DNA of 64,000 nt from Eledone cirrhosa. Its lineage: Eukaryota. Below the pieces are notes generated by a model that worked only from the letters and a program-made list of their open reading frames with translations, did not search any database and had not been told where the DNA came from. Each line of letters begins with the position of its first letter. Position 1 is the first letter of the stretch. Of the stretch, positions 1 to 19,150 are shown piece by piece. The position numbers and the translations under genes are program-made. The stretch is taken from NCBI GenBank assembly GCA_964016885.1, contig OZ024743.1, forward strand, positions 265,732,001-265,796,000, read 5' to 3'.

Positions 1-21
1 CCGTATTTATATATCTATATC

Positions 22-2827
<2,806 letters not shown>

Positions 2828-2995
2828 CTTTGCAAGTTTATTGATGTGAAATCGTGTATTGAAACCAATTTTCTAATATTCAAGGATGTTCGTGTTGCTA
2901 CTATTGTAAAAAAAGAAAGAAAAAAAAACGAATCACACGCACCACATGATTTTCACTTCTCCACTTTATCTTTATTAGTAGGAATTCGTTAGTTC

Positions 2996-3038
2996 GTCAA
3001 ATTTGTTTCGTCACACATTCTGTGACATCCTCAATGAT
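2996..3038 (-). ncRNA. Hammerhead-like motif (UUGAGGA core variant) in a pLTR relic related to 2513-2555
   Basis: reverse complement reads ATCA-TTGAGGA-T-GTCAC-AGAATGT-GTGAC-GAAA-CAAA-TT-TGAC. Confidence 0.5.
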
Positions 3039-4779
3039 TATCTTTTCTATTTTGTGTCTCCCTTTTTTTTTTACTCCAAGTTGACAGGGTTGAGTAGTAG
3101 ATTGAATATGTGATTACACCAATTTCTCTTTCTGATTTTAAACAATTTTTGCTCCCTTTTATTTATTTGTTTCCCACTGTCAAACAAGGCTGTGTTTATA
3201 AATCTAAATTTAATCCTTTTCGTACTTCTCCAAATCCTATATCTGCAGTCTCTCTTGTATTTGTTATTTCGTCATCCATCCAAATGAATAGGCTCCTATG
3301 AGATAGTTTCTTATCTTATATCCGAGATCCGGTTCTACACAGATAGAAATGGAATAAGAGTGTAAGAAGCGAAAGGAAAACGTATTTCTAAATAATTTAA
3401 AGAAATATAGAATAAGAGATTCAGAGAAAAAAGAAAATGCATGACTATCTCTCAAACTATTATCTCTTCTCTTCTCCTACAATAATATTCAGTCCCTCTC
3501 ACCCTACCCAATGGAGAGCGAGAAATTTTTTTTAAGATAAAAACTGACTATCTCTGAAACTCTTAATCAGCAACGATGACACATCCTAAGATGGTTTGAA
3601 GAAATGCGAAATAAATCAAGTTAAATTAAATTTGTTTATATAAACAGCGCATTCTGTCATTCAGGAGAAACAAAAGGTTGTTGGTGTTTGATGTCAGGTA
3701 TTGATTATATAACAATGTGTGTTGTGTGATTTTTTTATTTGTTGAGGGTATAGAATATGCGTTGCGTGTGTAGCTGCGTTAATTTATCTCTTGGCTATAT
3801 CGAATAATTCAAATGTTGAACTTCAACGGCGTTGAGGACGAATTCAACCGTAGCAGGTGGGGAGAACAACTTTCTTAATACATCAAAGTATATGGGCTGA
3901 GAGCTTCTTTAGGATCTATTCAAACTACGCATTCACAGAATATATACACCGGAATGCTGGAAACAAACATCGACGTTGTTTTTGTTTCGAAAATGAAATA
4001 TGTAAACTACTTAGTTTTATTTGCTACGTGAGCAACACGATTGTGGGTTAAAACTAAAATAATTACACCATAACATTGACATTCTATCTATTGATAACAC
4101 GGCTGGATTTGAAATAAGAGGACAAAGCCCAGAATAATTATTTAAGACGCCTCTCCTTTCATCCACTCATTCATCCATCCATACAGCCATCCATAGGTCA
4201 AACCATAGATACATACATATTTAAATGCTTATATTCATCCATCCATCCATACATACATGGTGGCTGCCAACTCGTTTTCGAGTACGGCCACTACTTTATA
4301 TCGATGTAGGAGAACTCCTACCAATGCGCTGAACGAGTGTGACATTTTAGTTCAGCCAGCGACTTGAAAACTCTGTTACAAACACTACACTTGTGACAAT
4401 TATTGACACATAGTGCTGGGCCCATGGTACCATGTGACGACAAGTGCAGAGAGATCTCCAGATATAAAGCAATGCCTGTGCTGTGAAGCTTTTATAGTGA
4501 GCAAAGGCACTGCACAAATCCAGTCCCACTCTCTTAACCAAAATGATATTTACCAAAAAGAAAAACAAGTCAACATCATTGGATACCATCAGGGTTGCAA
4601 GGTGTAATATCAGAGTTTTCCTTCTCCTAGAATTCTGCCTTGACAAAGGCTAAGGGGTCATCTCTCCCGGTGATTTTGGATGACCATTGACTCTTAAGAG
4701 CTCCTTTGCCTTTTGACATACATACATACATACATGCATACATACATACATACATACAGACATACATACATAGACAGTC

Positions 4780-7700
4780 AACGCCATCAGTCGCAAATTT
4801 TATCGTGGTACTATTTATTAAATTTAAGATGAATAGAATCTCCGACAGTAATGCCACAACTACAGTCAGGTTGAATAACTGGTTATTCTTCTAACTATCC
4901 CTTCTGAAGACACCTTTTATTCGAATTCGTAGAAATATCCGACTAAATACATAATTCATTTTACAAGAATTTGCTACAAACAGCATGGCTGAACACTACA
5001 TCAACACAAAAATTAAGGAAGTACCGAAGACAAATAACAAGGAAGGTAATCAAACTTTATTGAGTTGTAGCTAGAGAAGAAACCGAAATTATAAATTGCA
5101 TTTCTCTTGGAGTTGCGAACTTAATAATGATTTATTTAATTGTTATAAAATGGCAAAAAAAAACAATCCCTCCATTGGCTATATGAATAGAATGAAGCTA
5201 CACTGGGACGAAATGCACCCAGAACTAAATTATTTCACAGCGAAACAATTACGCCAACAAGCGGCGTTTGTTGAACGTAAAAATAAGATAAATATTATTA
5301 ATTTTAAGTCCCCCACAACAAACATATTATCAACAACACGTGCTACAGGTCGCCATGCTACTAGACTTCCTAGCAGCCAGGTCGAACAGCGTCTCGAAAC
5401 AACTATACCTGTAAGAAACTTGACACCACCTGTACCATCTAAGTCTACCTTGAATGCTGGGGAAAACACTATCGATAATAATAATAATCGAAGAAATTTG
5501 ACACCACGTGTACCATCCGAGTCTACCTCGACTATTGTGGAAAATACTATCGATAATGATAATCAAAAGTATAAACAATTGAAAATTTCCCTCAACGAAA
5601 TCTTCCAGAGAGAAATTAACTCATGTATAAATATCTCTCTTGCTGAACGTGATAAAACGACAATGTTGAATAAAAAACCAAATAATGAAATATTACGTGT
5701 TATTGACGAAATAGGGGATGAATATTTACGACGGATAAACACCCAAATATTTTGCAAATCAACGACAGTGAAGCATTATCTTGGTGATAGCAGAGGCATT
5801 AACAATAACAAAACACCACCAAAAATACCATCATAGATAACTAAAATAGAAAAAAAGATTGCTGACCTACGAAAAGACATAGGATATGTGAAAATGCTCA
5901 TTATATGCAAACAAACACAAAAAACCTCACTCCTCTCCAACAAAGAGTGAACAATAAAATAGAGACGATGTTTGGGAACAGTAGAACCAGAACTCTCCAA
6001 TATAAGCTGATCACCCCCAAACAAGAATTGAGAGCTGTTAGCGAAAACACCGATACCTGAAGAAGGTATATGAGAGAAAAGTGCTTAATAAGAGATTCAG
6101 ACAAAACCAGACGTCAGTCTATAGAGATATGAAGGGCAAAATAATAACTGTCACATAATAAGGGCCCCATCCCAGAAAGACATAGATTCCTTTTGGAGAA
6201 AAATATGGGGTGAAAAGAAGAATTTCAACCAAGATTCAGTGTGGCTAAGAGAAATCCGAAAGGACTATTGCTCCTACACTACAACAAAAACATACGAAAT
6301 AAGTAAGGGTACCCTTGAGATGTGATAGAAAAACTCCAAGATGAGAAAACACCTGGAAGAGACATGATTGTCGGATACTGATACAAAAAACTGATATTCT
6401 ATCGGAGGTATCTTACCAATCTCTACCAACAAGTTCTTAAGGTAGATGCACTTATAGCAGAATGGTTGACATTAGCACAAACATTACTGGTCCCCAAGAA
6501 CAAAGACACCCACTTGGCAAAATACTACCGACCCATTGCATGCCAGATGTATACAGCCTGCCTGAACCTATTCATCCAAGATCACTGTGAAAATAATAAC
6601 ATCATCACAGATGAAAAAGCAGCTGGAAAGAAAGGGTTTTGGGGATGTGCTGAACAACTCCTAATCAACAAAACTGTGATGTCGGAAGTGCGACAACTTA
6701 GGAGGAATATGACTACAGTCTGGCTGGACTACAGGAAAGCTTTCGATTCTGTTCGCCACTATGATAGAGGCCCTCCAACTTGCTAAAGTCGCAGACATTA
6801 TTGTCAGAGCCATAGAGAGGCTGTCTTCTTCTTGGGCTACTATCCTAAGGTTAAAGACAGAGAGGGAGGACTATATTTTCACTGATAAAATAAAATATTG
6901 CAGGTGTATATTTCAGGGGGACAGTCTCTCTCTTATATAATTTATCTTGTCATTAAACCCCTTGTCCTTGTCCAAAAATTCATGTATGGATATGTTGCCA
7001 GGAAGCTCCAGAGTGAGAGTAATATAGATAAGGAAAGTAGTCTATCTTCGACCAACAACCGCTATATTGGCTCCCACTTTGAAGGATACGCTTTTGCAAA
7101 CCAGGAACAGGAGATTAGCACAAAATACCTGATTCACAAAGGAGATAGGGATGCAGGCAAAACACCTAGGTGTGATAACAAGGGCAGACTCTGCAGAACT
7201 AACATCGAGGATATCACCCATGTCATCAGCAGCTGTCCAAAGATGTCATCGCGGTACTATCTACCTATTAAGCAAGATGTAGTGGCCAAAACACTATACA
7301 ATGCAGTTCGTAAAAAAGATGGTCCCGATAATAAACACATTAAAAGCTACAGCAATGTGGAAGATATCCATGTACATAATATGAAAGAGTTACTGGTGGA
7401 ATGTTCCTGTAAAAACCCCAATAAAATGCAGGCATAACAGACCAGATATTATGATATGGGACAGGGAGAAGAAAGTATGCACAGTAGTGGAAATTAGCTG
7501 CCCAGCAGATGCCAATATAATATCAAAGATTAGTGAACAGGAGAATATGTATGCAGAACTGATGAGAAAGCTGCAGATACTCCACCCTAAATACAACTTC
7601 AGATTTATGCCTGTGATTATTGAGGCACTGAGATATGTTAGTAACTGCCTCAATACAAATCTTGAGAAGCTAGGCTTCACAGGAACAGAAAGAACACAAC

Positions 7701-8000
7701 TAGTTAGGAAATTACAGAGTACAATCCATTTATGGAACAGTAAAAATATGTAAAACATTCCAAAAATGTTGCATCTAATAACTGCATATACACATATACA
7801 GCTACAAAGCATATACACATGCACACATACATCTCAAAACATCCACACCCATACATACAATAACATCTATATCTACACATGCATACATACATATCTACCT
7901 AGTTGATGTGTAAATTCCAATGAGAGAGTGTTGTGTCTATGTTGGAAACCGACTCTCTCTCTCTATTGGTAAAACTTTGTGAAATTATAAAACCAGAAGA
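4780..8000 (+). mobile_element. Degenerate R4/Dong-clade (RLE-type) non-LTR retrotransposon with internal deletion
   Basis: N-terminus WSCELNNDLFNCY..GYMNRMKLHW; RT motifs YRPIAC, GCAEQLLIN, WLDYRKAFDSV, FQGDSLS; QEQEI and C..C..H...C knuckle relic; RPD.IMIWD..VEISCP endonuclease; many stops and frameshifts; starts after (CATA)n. Confidence 0.88.
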
Positions 8001-8236
8001 ACATAGATACATATATGTGTATGTGTATATGGTTTTATACGTCAAGTACTTTCAGATATTAGATTCCAGTCATACTGTCGTATCGGGTTGATTGGATAAT
8101 ATTTACCACAATATTTACTGGTATTACTTTCAGCGATTTCCTATTGTCAACCAGCCAGAATATGGGACAGAAAGACACACACGCATGCTTAGTAAACATA
8201 TAAATGTGTACAAACACCTAGGAAACACAGGCAACC

Positions 8237-9492
<1,256 letters not shown>

Positions 9493-9620
9493 AGTTATGT
9501 AATAAACAACATAAGGCAATTATTTCATTTACCAGTGGTTTCTTAAAAGCAAAAAAAATTTGCTTTCAATCGTCAGAATGAAAAAATCCTGGTGTATTTA
9601 TTGGCGTTGGATTTTTAAAA

Positions 9621-9655
<35 letters not shown>

Positions 9656-10096
9656 ACATTGAGTTATATGCTTCGTTGTTGAATATGTAACCATATATAC
9701 TTATATGTTTAAATATATTACTCTACAATATTTTTTTTTAATATAACGAATATAAATATTTCTCATAACTCTAAAATATAACATATGCGTCTGGATATAT
9801 ATACGTTGATCTTTATATACGTATATAGGCGAATATTTCTGTGTTTATATATATATTTATGCATAAATCTCCACTAATTGATACATTACCCTTTAACGAC
9901 CGACCCACGATCAGTATAAACACACTATTTTTCAAAATTTTCAAGAATCTAAAATAACAGTCTTTTTATCTGTTTAATGTAATCCTGTTAATGTATATCC
10001 GGTGAAATATTTAGATTTTATTCCACATGCCCACTGTAAGCTGACATTGGAAGTTTATATTTTGGGTATATCACTATCTTACACATCAAATATTGT

Positions 10097-10159
10097 ATTT
10101 TATCTGATGAAAGCATACCATAATTTGGTATCCTTGAAATACTGTATGTATAATAAAAT
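10097..10159 (+). ncRNA. Intact type I hammerhead ribozyme in a ~550-bp solo pLTR-like segment (9653-10203) between (TA)n tracts
   Basis: ATTTTAT-CTGATGA-AAGCATACCA/TGGTATCCTT-GAAA-TAC-TGTAT-GTA-TA-ATAAAAT; all three stems pair and the core is canonical. Confidence 0.85.
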
Positions 10160-10228
10160 TAATATGATGCTATAGCTACATTTTCCATTTATTACTATTA
10201 TTAATATATATATATATATATATATATA

Positions 10229-10299
10229 TCCAGAAATAGCCGTCGAAACGGCTTGAGCTCTGCCGTCGGGGTCTTGAACAGTTTCCTATTACCCACTCT
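10229..10299 (+). mobile_element. 5'-truncated copy of the HHR-bearing short element family (see 22371-22466)
   Basis: CCAGAAATAGCCGTC-GAAA-CGGCTTGAGCTCTGCCG-TC-GGGGT. Confidence 0.7.
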
Positions 10300-10340
10300 G
10301 CATCGCTCTCTCTCTATCTATATCTATATATATATATATA

Positions 10341-13076
10341 AAAGATGAATACAAAATGAAAGTGCTTTTATAAAGGAATTTATTACGTATTGACATATGT
10401 TTCTGTAACAGACGGAATACCTATGTATCGCTGCTTGCGTAATCATATAATGTTAGCAAGTGTTCGATAGCAAATATATAATCAGTTGTCACTTCTTCAG
10501 AGATATTGGATACATTGGAAAAAATCAGAAAACTCAAAGTATTTATATTAGTTGTAAGAAAGGAAGAATAGAAGGGATAGTATATGACAGATGGCAATTC
10601 AATTTGCTGGTAAACAAGTATATAGAAGGTTTTTAATGAGAATACAATGTGTATATGGCTTATTTTATCTAAATAAGAATTTTTGGGAGTGCCTATTTTA
10701 ATCTATATTTGACCAATTGAGCAATGGACAGGGCTGGACGTTTGGTGTAGTAGTATTAATACAGATATAAAGTGTCAAGTAAGGAAGAGAGAGATTTTCA
10801 CTGCTACTATATAACAACAATGTTGGTAGCCTGCTGGTATATGCATTAGGGAATTGAATTAAGAAATCTAATTTTATCTATAGCAGTTTATATTAAATGG
10901 TAAATAATAGAAGAGTTGATAGAATTAATAGAGAATGTTAATATGTATTTTGAAAATCAAACGGAGATGGAGACAGGCGTTCAATCCTGGTAGCGTTTGT
11001 AATCTGAAAATGTAGATTTCAAGCGATGGTTATTTCATAACGATCGCTCTATTCTATTATTTAAAAAAATATTTTTGCTTATTGAGAATATTAGAGTGAA
11101 TAACCAGCATTTAGAAAATATGCGTAAACATATTAGAAATCTTTTTAAGGAACTAGGATTAAATATTACGTTTGAATATAACCTCAAAGAGGTTAATTTC
11201 CTTGATGTTACTTTGAATCTCAATACAGAATCGATTAAACCGTTGCATAAACTAAATGAAAAACTTTAAATATGTAAATACGGGTTCTAACCATCCACCC
11301 TCTATAATTAAATCCATCCCTAGAAATATTTCCCTTAGAATCTCCCGCCTGTCGTCCAACCAGCAAACCTTCAATGAACATGCCGAATATTATGATGATG
11401 CACTTAGGAAGGCTGGAAACCTAGATAATATAGAGTATATAGTCGACGATCACCAAAACACCCAAAATAAATCTCATAGAGGTAGAAATAGCATAGAATC
11501 ACCACCATGCATACATTACCGCAATAGAAACACTAATAGTCGCACACCACCAAACAGAAGGCGATATAAAGAGTATATATGGTACAACCCGGTCTATAAC
11601 AACTCTATTAAAACCAATCTACCCTCACAATTCTTTCGATTAGTTAAAAAACATTTCCCAACATCAAATAATAAAATCTTAAACCTTAACACTATTCAAC
11701 TTTCATATTCAACCGCCCCTAATATTGAACAACATATAAAAAAGCTTAACGCAAAACGGTTGTATAAACGCCTAAGAACACATAACAATACACGTAAAAC
11801 ATCGGCTATAACATCACAAAACAACAAACAACATCCCGTCCTGCATAAGCAACCTCATCAAACCATCCATGGTAATACAACAACGCATAATTATAACTGT
11901 AACTGTGTCCAACCAGGAATGTGTCCGTTGAACAATCACTGCCTTGAACGCAACATCATATACAAATGTACTATCGAATCGGGTAGCCAGAAGTGGTACT
12001 ATGTGGGATCTTCAGCTACCTCCTTCAAATCTCGCCTTTATAGACATCGTTACTCGATAAAACATGAAAACCAGCGTTATGTAACAACACTCGCAGACAA
12101 GGCTTGGCAGCTGCGCGAAAATAACCAACAATTTAACCTTTAATGGGATATCATTTCTTCTTTCCTCTGCATATCTCCAAGGACAGGAATTTTGTTAATT
12201 GTGTAATATGGAATATTTTGTATTATGAAATCCAAAAATATTTTATTAAATAACAGAATAGAGCGATCGTTATGAAATAACCATCGCTTGAAATCTACAT
12301 TTTCATATTACAAACGCTACCAGGATTGAACGCCTGTCTCCATCTCAGTTTGATTGTCAAAATACATATTAACATTCTCTATTAATTCTATCAACTCTTC
12401 TATTCTTTACCATTTAATATAAACTGCTATAGATAAAATTAGATTTCTAAATTCAATTCCCTAATGCATATACCAGCAAGCTACCAGCATTGTTGTTATA
12501 CAGTAGCAGTGAAAATCTCTCTCTTCCTTACTTGACACTTTATATCTGTATTAATACTACTACACCAAACGTCCAGCCCTGTCCATTGTTCAATTCATCA
12601 AATATAGATTAAAATAGGCACTCCCCAAAATTCTTATTTACATAAAATAAGCCATATACTCATTGTATTCTCACTAAAAACCTTCTATATACTTGTTTAC
12701 CAGCAAATTCAATTGCCATCTGTCATATACTATCCCTTCTCTACTTCCTTTCTTACAACTAATATACATACTTTGATTTTTCTGATTTTTTCCAATGTAT
12801 CCAATATCTCTGAAGAAGTGACAACTGATTATACATTTGCTATCGAATACTTTCTAACATTATATGATTACGCAAGCAGCGATACATATGTATTCCGTCT
12901 GTTACAGAAACATATGTCAATACCTAATAAATTCCTTTATAAAAGCACTTTCATTTTATATTCATCTTTTCTACATTTTCTCCGGAATATAATTTATACT
13001 CGTTGAGCAAACCTACACGTACGCTGTTCATCTCTAACGTGACGATATATTATCACTGCATTATTGATAACTTGAA

Positions 13077-13080
<4 letters not shown>
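10341..13080 (+). mobile_element. 5'-truncated Neptune-like Penelope element with an inverted pLTR copy at its 5' end
   Basis: ORFs 11075-11269 (VNFLDVTLNL) and 11256-12143 (YVNTGSNHPPSIIKSIP, IWYNP, CNC..CPL..C linker, IIYKC..YYVG GIY-YIG); 10341-11076 is the reverse complement of 12234-12969; flanked by (TA)n. Confidence 0.92.
12805..12922 (+). ncRNA. Hammerhead-like motif with ~90-nt stem-loop II in the Neptune pLTR (mirror copy 10388-10505, -)
   Basis: TATCT-CTGAAGA-A-GTGACA...TGTTAC-A-GAAA-CATATG-TC-AATA; palindromic stem III, weak stem I. Confidence 0.6.
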
Positions 13081-13120
<40 letters not shown>

Positions 13121-13170
13121 TGTGTATATATGTATATATAATATATACATATGGATGCATATATATGTAT

Positions 13171-13217
<47 letters not shown>

Positions 13218-13241
13218 TATATATGTATATATGTATGTATG

Positions 13242-13284
<43 letters not shown>

Positions 13285-13714
13285 GTATGTGTGCGTCTAA
13301 GCGTATATACTTAGACGTATGGGGAAAGGTAACGAATCATCACAAATGCAGAATGTATTACGTAGTAAATAAGATAGAGAAATACATAGCGCAGTGGGAG
13401 AAGTGATATAAATTAGGTCGGGAAATATAGATTGATGCAGGCGGTCAGTCAGACCGATAGATGTATATACAGCGATACAGACAAAGAAATGTAAAGTTAG
13501 AATTGAATTATGTCAGCGATGTAAGTCTCTATATAGATATTGTTGCAATTTCGTAATGTAATTAATTGTATATATTTCCAGAAAAGTCCGCGCGCTTCGA
13601 TTAAATGTAATCACACACAAGTTTCAAAATTGAGGAAAATTTACCGGTGTTTATGGTTCTGCCGCCCACACATATGATACATATTCATACCTATACATAC
13701 ACACACACACACAC

Positions 13715-13984
<270 letters not shown>

Positions 13985-14057
13985 ATATATATATATATAT
14001 ATATATATATACGTGTGTGCGTGTGTGCGCATATATATATATATGCGCACACACGCA

Positions 14058-14154
<97 letters not shown>

Positions 14155-16532
14155 GTATGTGTGTGTGTATATATATATATATATATACACACAGAAATAA
14201 ATATACGTAGCGGTGTTTATGCTTCTGTCTATGACCATATGTGTTTCTGAATGTTATTGTCTGACATTTCTGCATCTTTTTTGTCAAAGTATGCCTATCT
14301 GCAAATCGATACTTCTATAAATATCTCTAGTCTTTCCATCATTATACATAAACAATCACTATATAGGTGTGTGTGTGTTGCGAATGTCTCTGCATATACT
14401 AACAATACCAAATGATATCCGTTACAGTAAATTATGTCTATTTTATGTCCACGAACATAAATGTTTATAGGGGTGTAAGAATCGATTTGCGAATATCTGA
14501 TATGGTTAAGCACGGAAAGTTCGCTCTTCTTGACTTGCTATTCTTGATCAGCAACTTTTCTCTTCAGGTTTAAGAGTATTGTCTATCCTGGAGACTGAAA
14601 CTTTTCAATGACAAGCTAGTCTTTCCAAAGTTATAGATTTAAGTTTTTGAATTTATGGTCGGAAATTAATCCATACGATTTCGTAAGCAATAAATAAATA
14701 AATAAAAAATGAAAGATACAAAAAATAAGTTAGAATATAAATGATACAACATATAGATAAATATAATGATTACAACAATAAATAAAATCATAGAAAAATA
14801 AATAATAATTATTACAATTCCAGAAAGAAATAATTTAAGCTTTTAATACTGTAATTATCTTTCTTCACATTTATTAACCATTATGCTTCTTCAATTAGTA
14901 TGTACTATGAAATATTTTATCATCACAGATGTATACCGGTAGCAATGTTTTTTTAATATTTACTCTCTGTAATTTATAATTAGAAGAGGATATATTTTGG
15001 GAGGAATATTAATATTGTTTTCTTATTTCTTTTATATTCCTGCTATCTTAGAGACATCTGAGCAGTGGGCTTTCAAACAGTGTCGGCCTCTATTTCCTTC
15101 ATGTATATGATGTCAAATACTACGTTCTCAAATGCTTCAATTTCTACCTCTTTTTGTGATTGTAAGTTATTGTTTCGGAGTGATTTTTTTATACTATTCA
15201 CAATAGTAGCTTGTGTGATTACATACAGTCCGACTCGTTGCTTCATAGACCATCGTGTTGGTTTTGATGTTTTTGTTCAGACGAACAAAATAAAATTATA
15301 AGCAAGTGTTTCCAACCATAATTAACTGTACTTTTTGTCTGTAATATGTAATCTAATGTGTCACTTCTTATATGTAAGACAGTCGCATATGGCATAAGAG
15401 ATATGTTAGTGATATTTCTAATAGACTCACTAATTGGATTGTATAAGCTCCAGTTTAAATTAGAAGAATAGCTATTTCTATATATATAGCGTTTTCAGAA
15501 GGAAGTCGATATAAAACATCCTCTTATTTTACTAATGGCACATAGTTAATCAAGCTCGGAACAATGATAACCAAACAGAAATCCTAGCAGATTATTAAGC
15601 AAGGCGGTGTAATGAAATACGAAATTCTACTTTTAAATTATGCTAAATTAAGTATATCTATATATGTAACTGGAGATCTACCAGCCCCTACTCTTATCGA
15701 ATATCAAACCAACTTTATGGAATTCATATCTCACACCACCTTGTACACTAAAAGTCTCTCTGAAAAAATAAAAGAGAAATTAGAGGGGAATTGGTACGAA
15801 AGAGAAGGACATTGGGGGAGTCAAAGTTGTTTTCAGGCGTATTGCTGTCTGAAAAGTAAAGATCACGAGAACGTATGTCAACTGTGTTCAGTTTGCATCA
15901 AAAGCACTTCCAGATAATCGCTGGTCACATCCTTACGCTCACCTATATTAATAAATAAAGGAATCATTGGGAGACTTCATTTCGTGATATATGCAAAGTT
16001 GAAGTGGTCCTGACTGGAGGTTCTGTATCATAGATACGTAGAATTAGAAATGATGTGAGACTAAATAAGAAATCAGCATTCATCAAACATTTGTACTTAT
16101 TTATAATTAGAGCAGAAACAGGCGGTGGATTGGCAGTGCTGGTAGCACATCAGACAACATAGTTTGCGGCATATAGATATGGAACTTTACGTTCTGATAT
16201 TAAATCGCGTCGTAGCATATTTGGATGTTTAAATTGTTCAGCCAGACGGTAAAGTTGTGCTAGTTGGTTCGTTGATGCCTTTAGCGGAATCTACTATGTT
16301 GTAATCATTCGATTTCTGGTTTTCGAATACACTCCCCCCCCCTTCCGATTTACCATGAAGCGTGGAGGCTCCTAGAACGACCAATGCCGATAATTTAACT
16401 TCTGACTGAACGATAAATAGATCCTCTTTACATATATCCTATAAGCTGAAGTCTTCCTAGGGCGTATTGATTGTCACATCATCATATTTCTTGAATCTAT
16501 TTTCGCCTATACAAAAGGTTATATATATATAT

Positions 16533-16729
16533 AACGAAGGAAATATGGTAAGGAACCAGATAGACCATAACGCACCAAAGTACTCAATACTTAGGGTAGT
16601 AGAGTGGGTAATAGGAACGAGTAGGACCCCGACGGCTGAGCTCAAGCCGTTTCGACAGCTAATTCTGGACGGCAGTCCAGAATTAGTCGTCGAAACGGCT
16701 TGATCTCAGCCGTCGAGGTCCTACTCGTT

Positions 16730-16733
<4 letters not shown>
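16533..16733. mobile_element. Fold-back copy of the same family (long arm on the left)
   Basis: AACGAAGG..GGGTAATAGGAACGAGTAGGACCCCGACGGC..CTGGAC / GTCCAG..GAAACGGCT..GTTCCTA; (TA)n on both sides. Confidence 0.82.
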
Positions 16734-16779
<46 letters not shown>

Positions 16780-16844
16780 TATATATATATGCATTCAGAC
16801 ACACATACACACACACGTGGGCGCAGCGCACACACACACACATA

Positions 16845-16919
<75 letters not shown>

Positions 16920-17543
16920 GAGTGTGTGTGTAATTCACAAGAAATCAATATGCGATAGAAGTACGAAGTAGATTTAACTCTGTTCATATCTCCGAGTAAA
17001 ATTTCATTCAGAATGTAAATCTTTCAATTTATTTGCCGACTTGTTCTCTAAATACGATTTCTGTTTCCTATAAATCAAGAAAGATTTTGAACTCCTGTAA
17101 GTCAAAAGTTAGATTTAAAAAAAAAAAAAAAAAAATTAAGAAATATATAAAAATAAGTAAACAAAAATTAAGAATAGCTAGAAAATGGTAGAAAAATGTT
17201 GTTGCGATATATAATTTTCTAAAATCTCAACTAAAAATCTTATGGCAGTCTCCCCAAATATGGCAGTTTCTTTATGGACGCAGTAATGATATTTATTATT
17301 ACACTTATTTTGGTTTCAAAATTTCATAGATAAAATTTCTCTTTATACGAAAATGTTTTCTCTATATTTAATTTATGGATGTATTTTGTTTCAAGAATAT
17401 GCATATATAGTGTATGGTATATCTATATGAAATCTATTTTTTCTCTCTCTCTCCTCTCACTATATATGCACACAAACACGCATATATATATACATACTTA
17501 CATACATACACACACTAACACACATACAGAGATACACACACGC

Positions 17544-17602
<59 letters not shown>

Positions 17603-17606
17603 CATA

Positions 17607-17770
17607 AGAAGGGTTGCTGGAAGGTTCCTAGGTTGATCAATGCTACAGAATCCTAGTTGAAGTCCCAACTTTCCGAGTTCTTTTTACAGGGCTTAGAAAA
17701 AACTAAAGGACCACTACAATAAATGTGTGAATCTGAGAGGGGAATATGTTGAATAAAATTACAATTAACT
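17607..17770 (+). mobile_element. Internally deleted mariner relic (transposase C-terminus)
   Basis: reads ..GLEKLKDHYNKCVNLRGEYVE* with a frameshift, resembling the mariner C-terminal GIxKLxxRWxKCxxxxGxYVE motif. Confidence 0.55.
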
Positions 17771-18012
17771 CATATGCAGCAGAGCTCCAACGAGCTTTTG
17801 ATCCAGAGTCATGCTAGATCGATACAGATCAAACATTGAGCTCATCACTAGCGAAACGTGCCTCTCTACTCAATAAACGTAATAAAGACATAACAAATCA
17901 CTCTTTTTATTATTATTATTATTACACTGTGCTTAGTATTACAACTCTATACTTACTGGAAACTACGCATCGAGTGCTCAATCTGGTGAAACTAAATGGA
18001 CGTTATAATCCC

Positions 18013-18066
<54 letters not shown>

Positions 18067-18539
18067 GTGTGTCTGTCTGTATCCTTGCGTATATAATTTA
18101 TACGTGCGTTTCCATACGTACTCTACATACTCTAAAGGAAGTTCCCCCATTTTATTTTTGTCTACATTATTTATTTTGTTGACACAAATATGGGAAACCT
18201 CCGAATATATATAGTACAAACTATTAAACAACATATCAAACATTCACTAACTTTTGATTCTATCCATTTAGTGAGGTGGATGGTGAAGTTTAGCGTAGCA
18301 TCTTTACAAAGAGACCTAAGGATGTCTCTGATCTCCTCCCTGGTGTTTTGCTTTAGTTTAGTGATGGTTCTGGGTTTCTTGACATATAACCTATTCGTCA
18401 GATAGCTCCAAAGAAATACATTGGTAGTGGTGATGGTGGGGACAGTACTTAAATCAGGGATGTGTCGGGCTTACGCAAAATCATTTTTTTACATTGATCA
18501 CATGTTTCTAAAGTTACTTTTAAACTTCTCCCACGACTC

Positions 18540-19150
18540 GGAAGTGTGAAGCCTAACTCTGTCTTTCTAGAACCAGAACATATTTATTAGAGATGGGTAC
18601 AAGTTCTGTAACTACTTTTTGAAATCTTCCAAGATCCCCACATAACGTCCCGTTGTGACTGTCGCAGTAACACAATTTTCTTTGAGGAAAGGTGAGTCAA
18701 TCAATGATCTTTCAGAAATGGCATTCTAGATAATACATTTAGCCGAGTGGAGAGGTTTCACTGACCCTCAGAACATATTGTTCTCAGACTTGATCATCCC
18801 TCTCTGAAAATTTGAATTTTCCATCTTATCCAGTATTTTCTCAGTCAAAGCCATTCTCTTGGTCATATCATCTACAGTAAGGTTTTTTGTTTAGTCTGTA
18901 TTCTATAGAGGGGTAGGGGTGCTTCTGAAGATCTTCTTTGACAACCCGTCTGAAAGTATTTGTGGTGAGACCCATGGATTGGCTTCCCCTGTGCAGCGAT
19001 CGATTGGGATCTGACCAGCAGACTCTCTGACGTTGTCAATAACTCCCTACACTTTTGGGGTCGACGAGAGAGAGGAGGACGGTTAAAAGACATTGTTTTG
19101 AGAATCTACACTGCCCGATACGTCTTCTGCTCGTTTATGCTCATGAAATA
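18540..19150 (-). pseudogene. Degenerate Tc1/mariner-superfamily transposase fragment
   Basis: reverse complement reads LHSAKCII*NAISERSLIDSPFLKEN..TVTTGRYVGIL..FWF*KDRVRLHTS, a decayed LHxxKxxVW..IGPxFF..TV..RY..FQQDGAxxHT pattern. Confidence 0.55.

Noticed and set aside
4904-4945. CTGAAGA..GAAA in the LINE 5' region
   Set aside because: No stem I, II or III pairing
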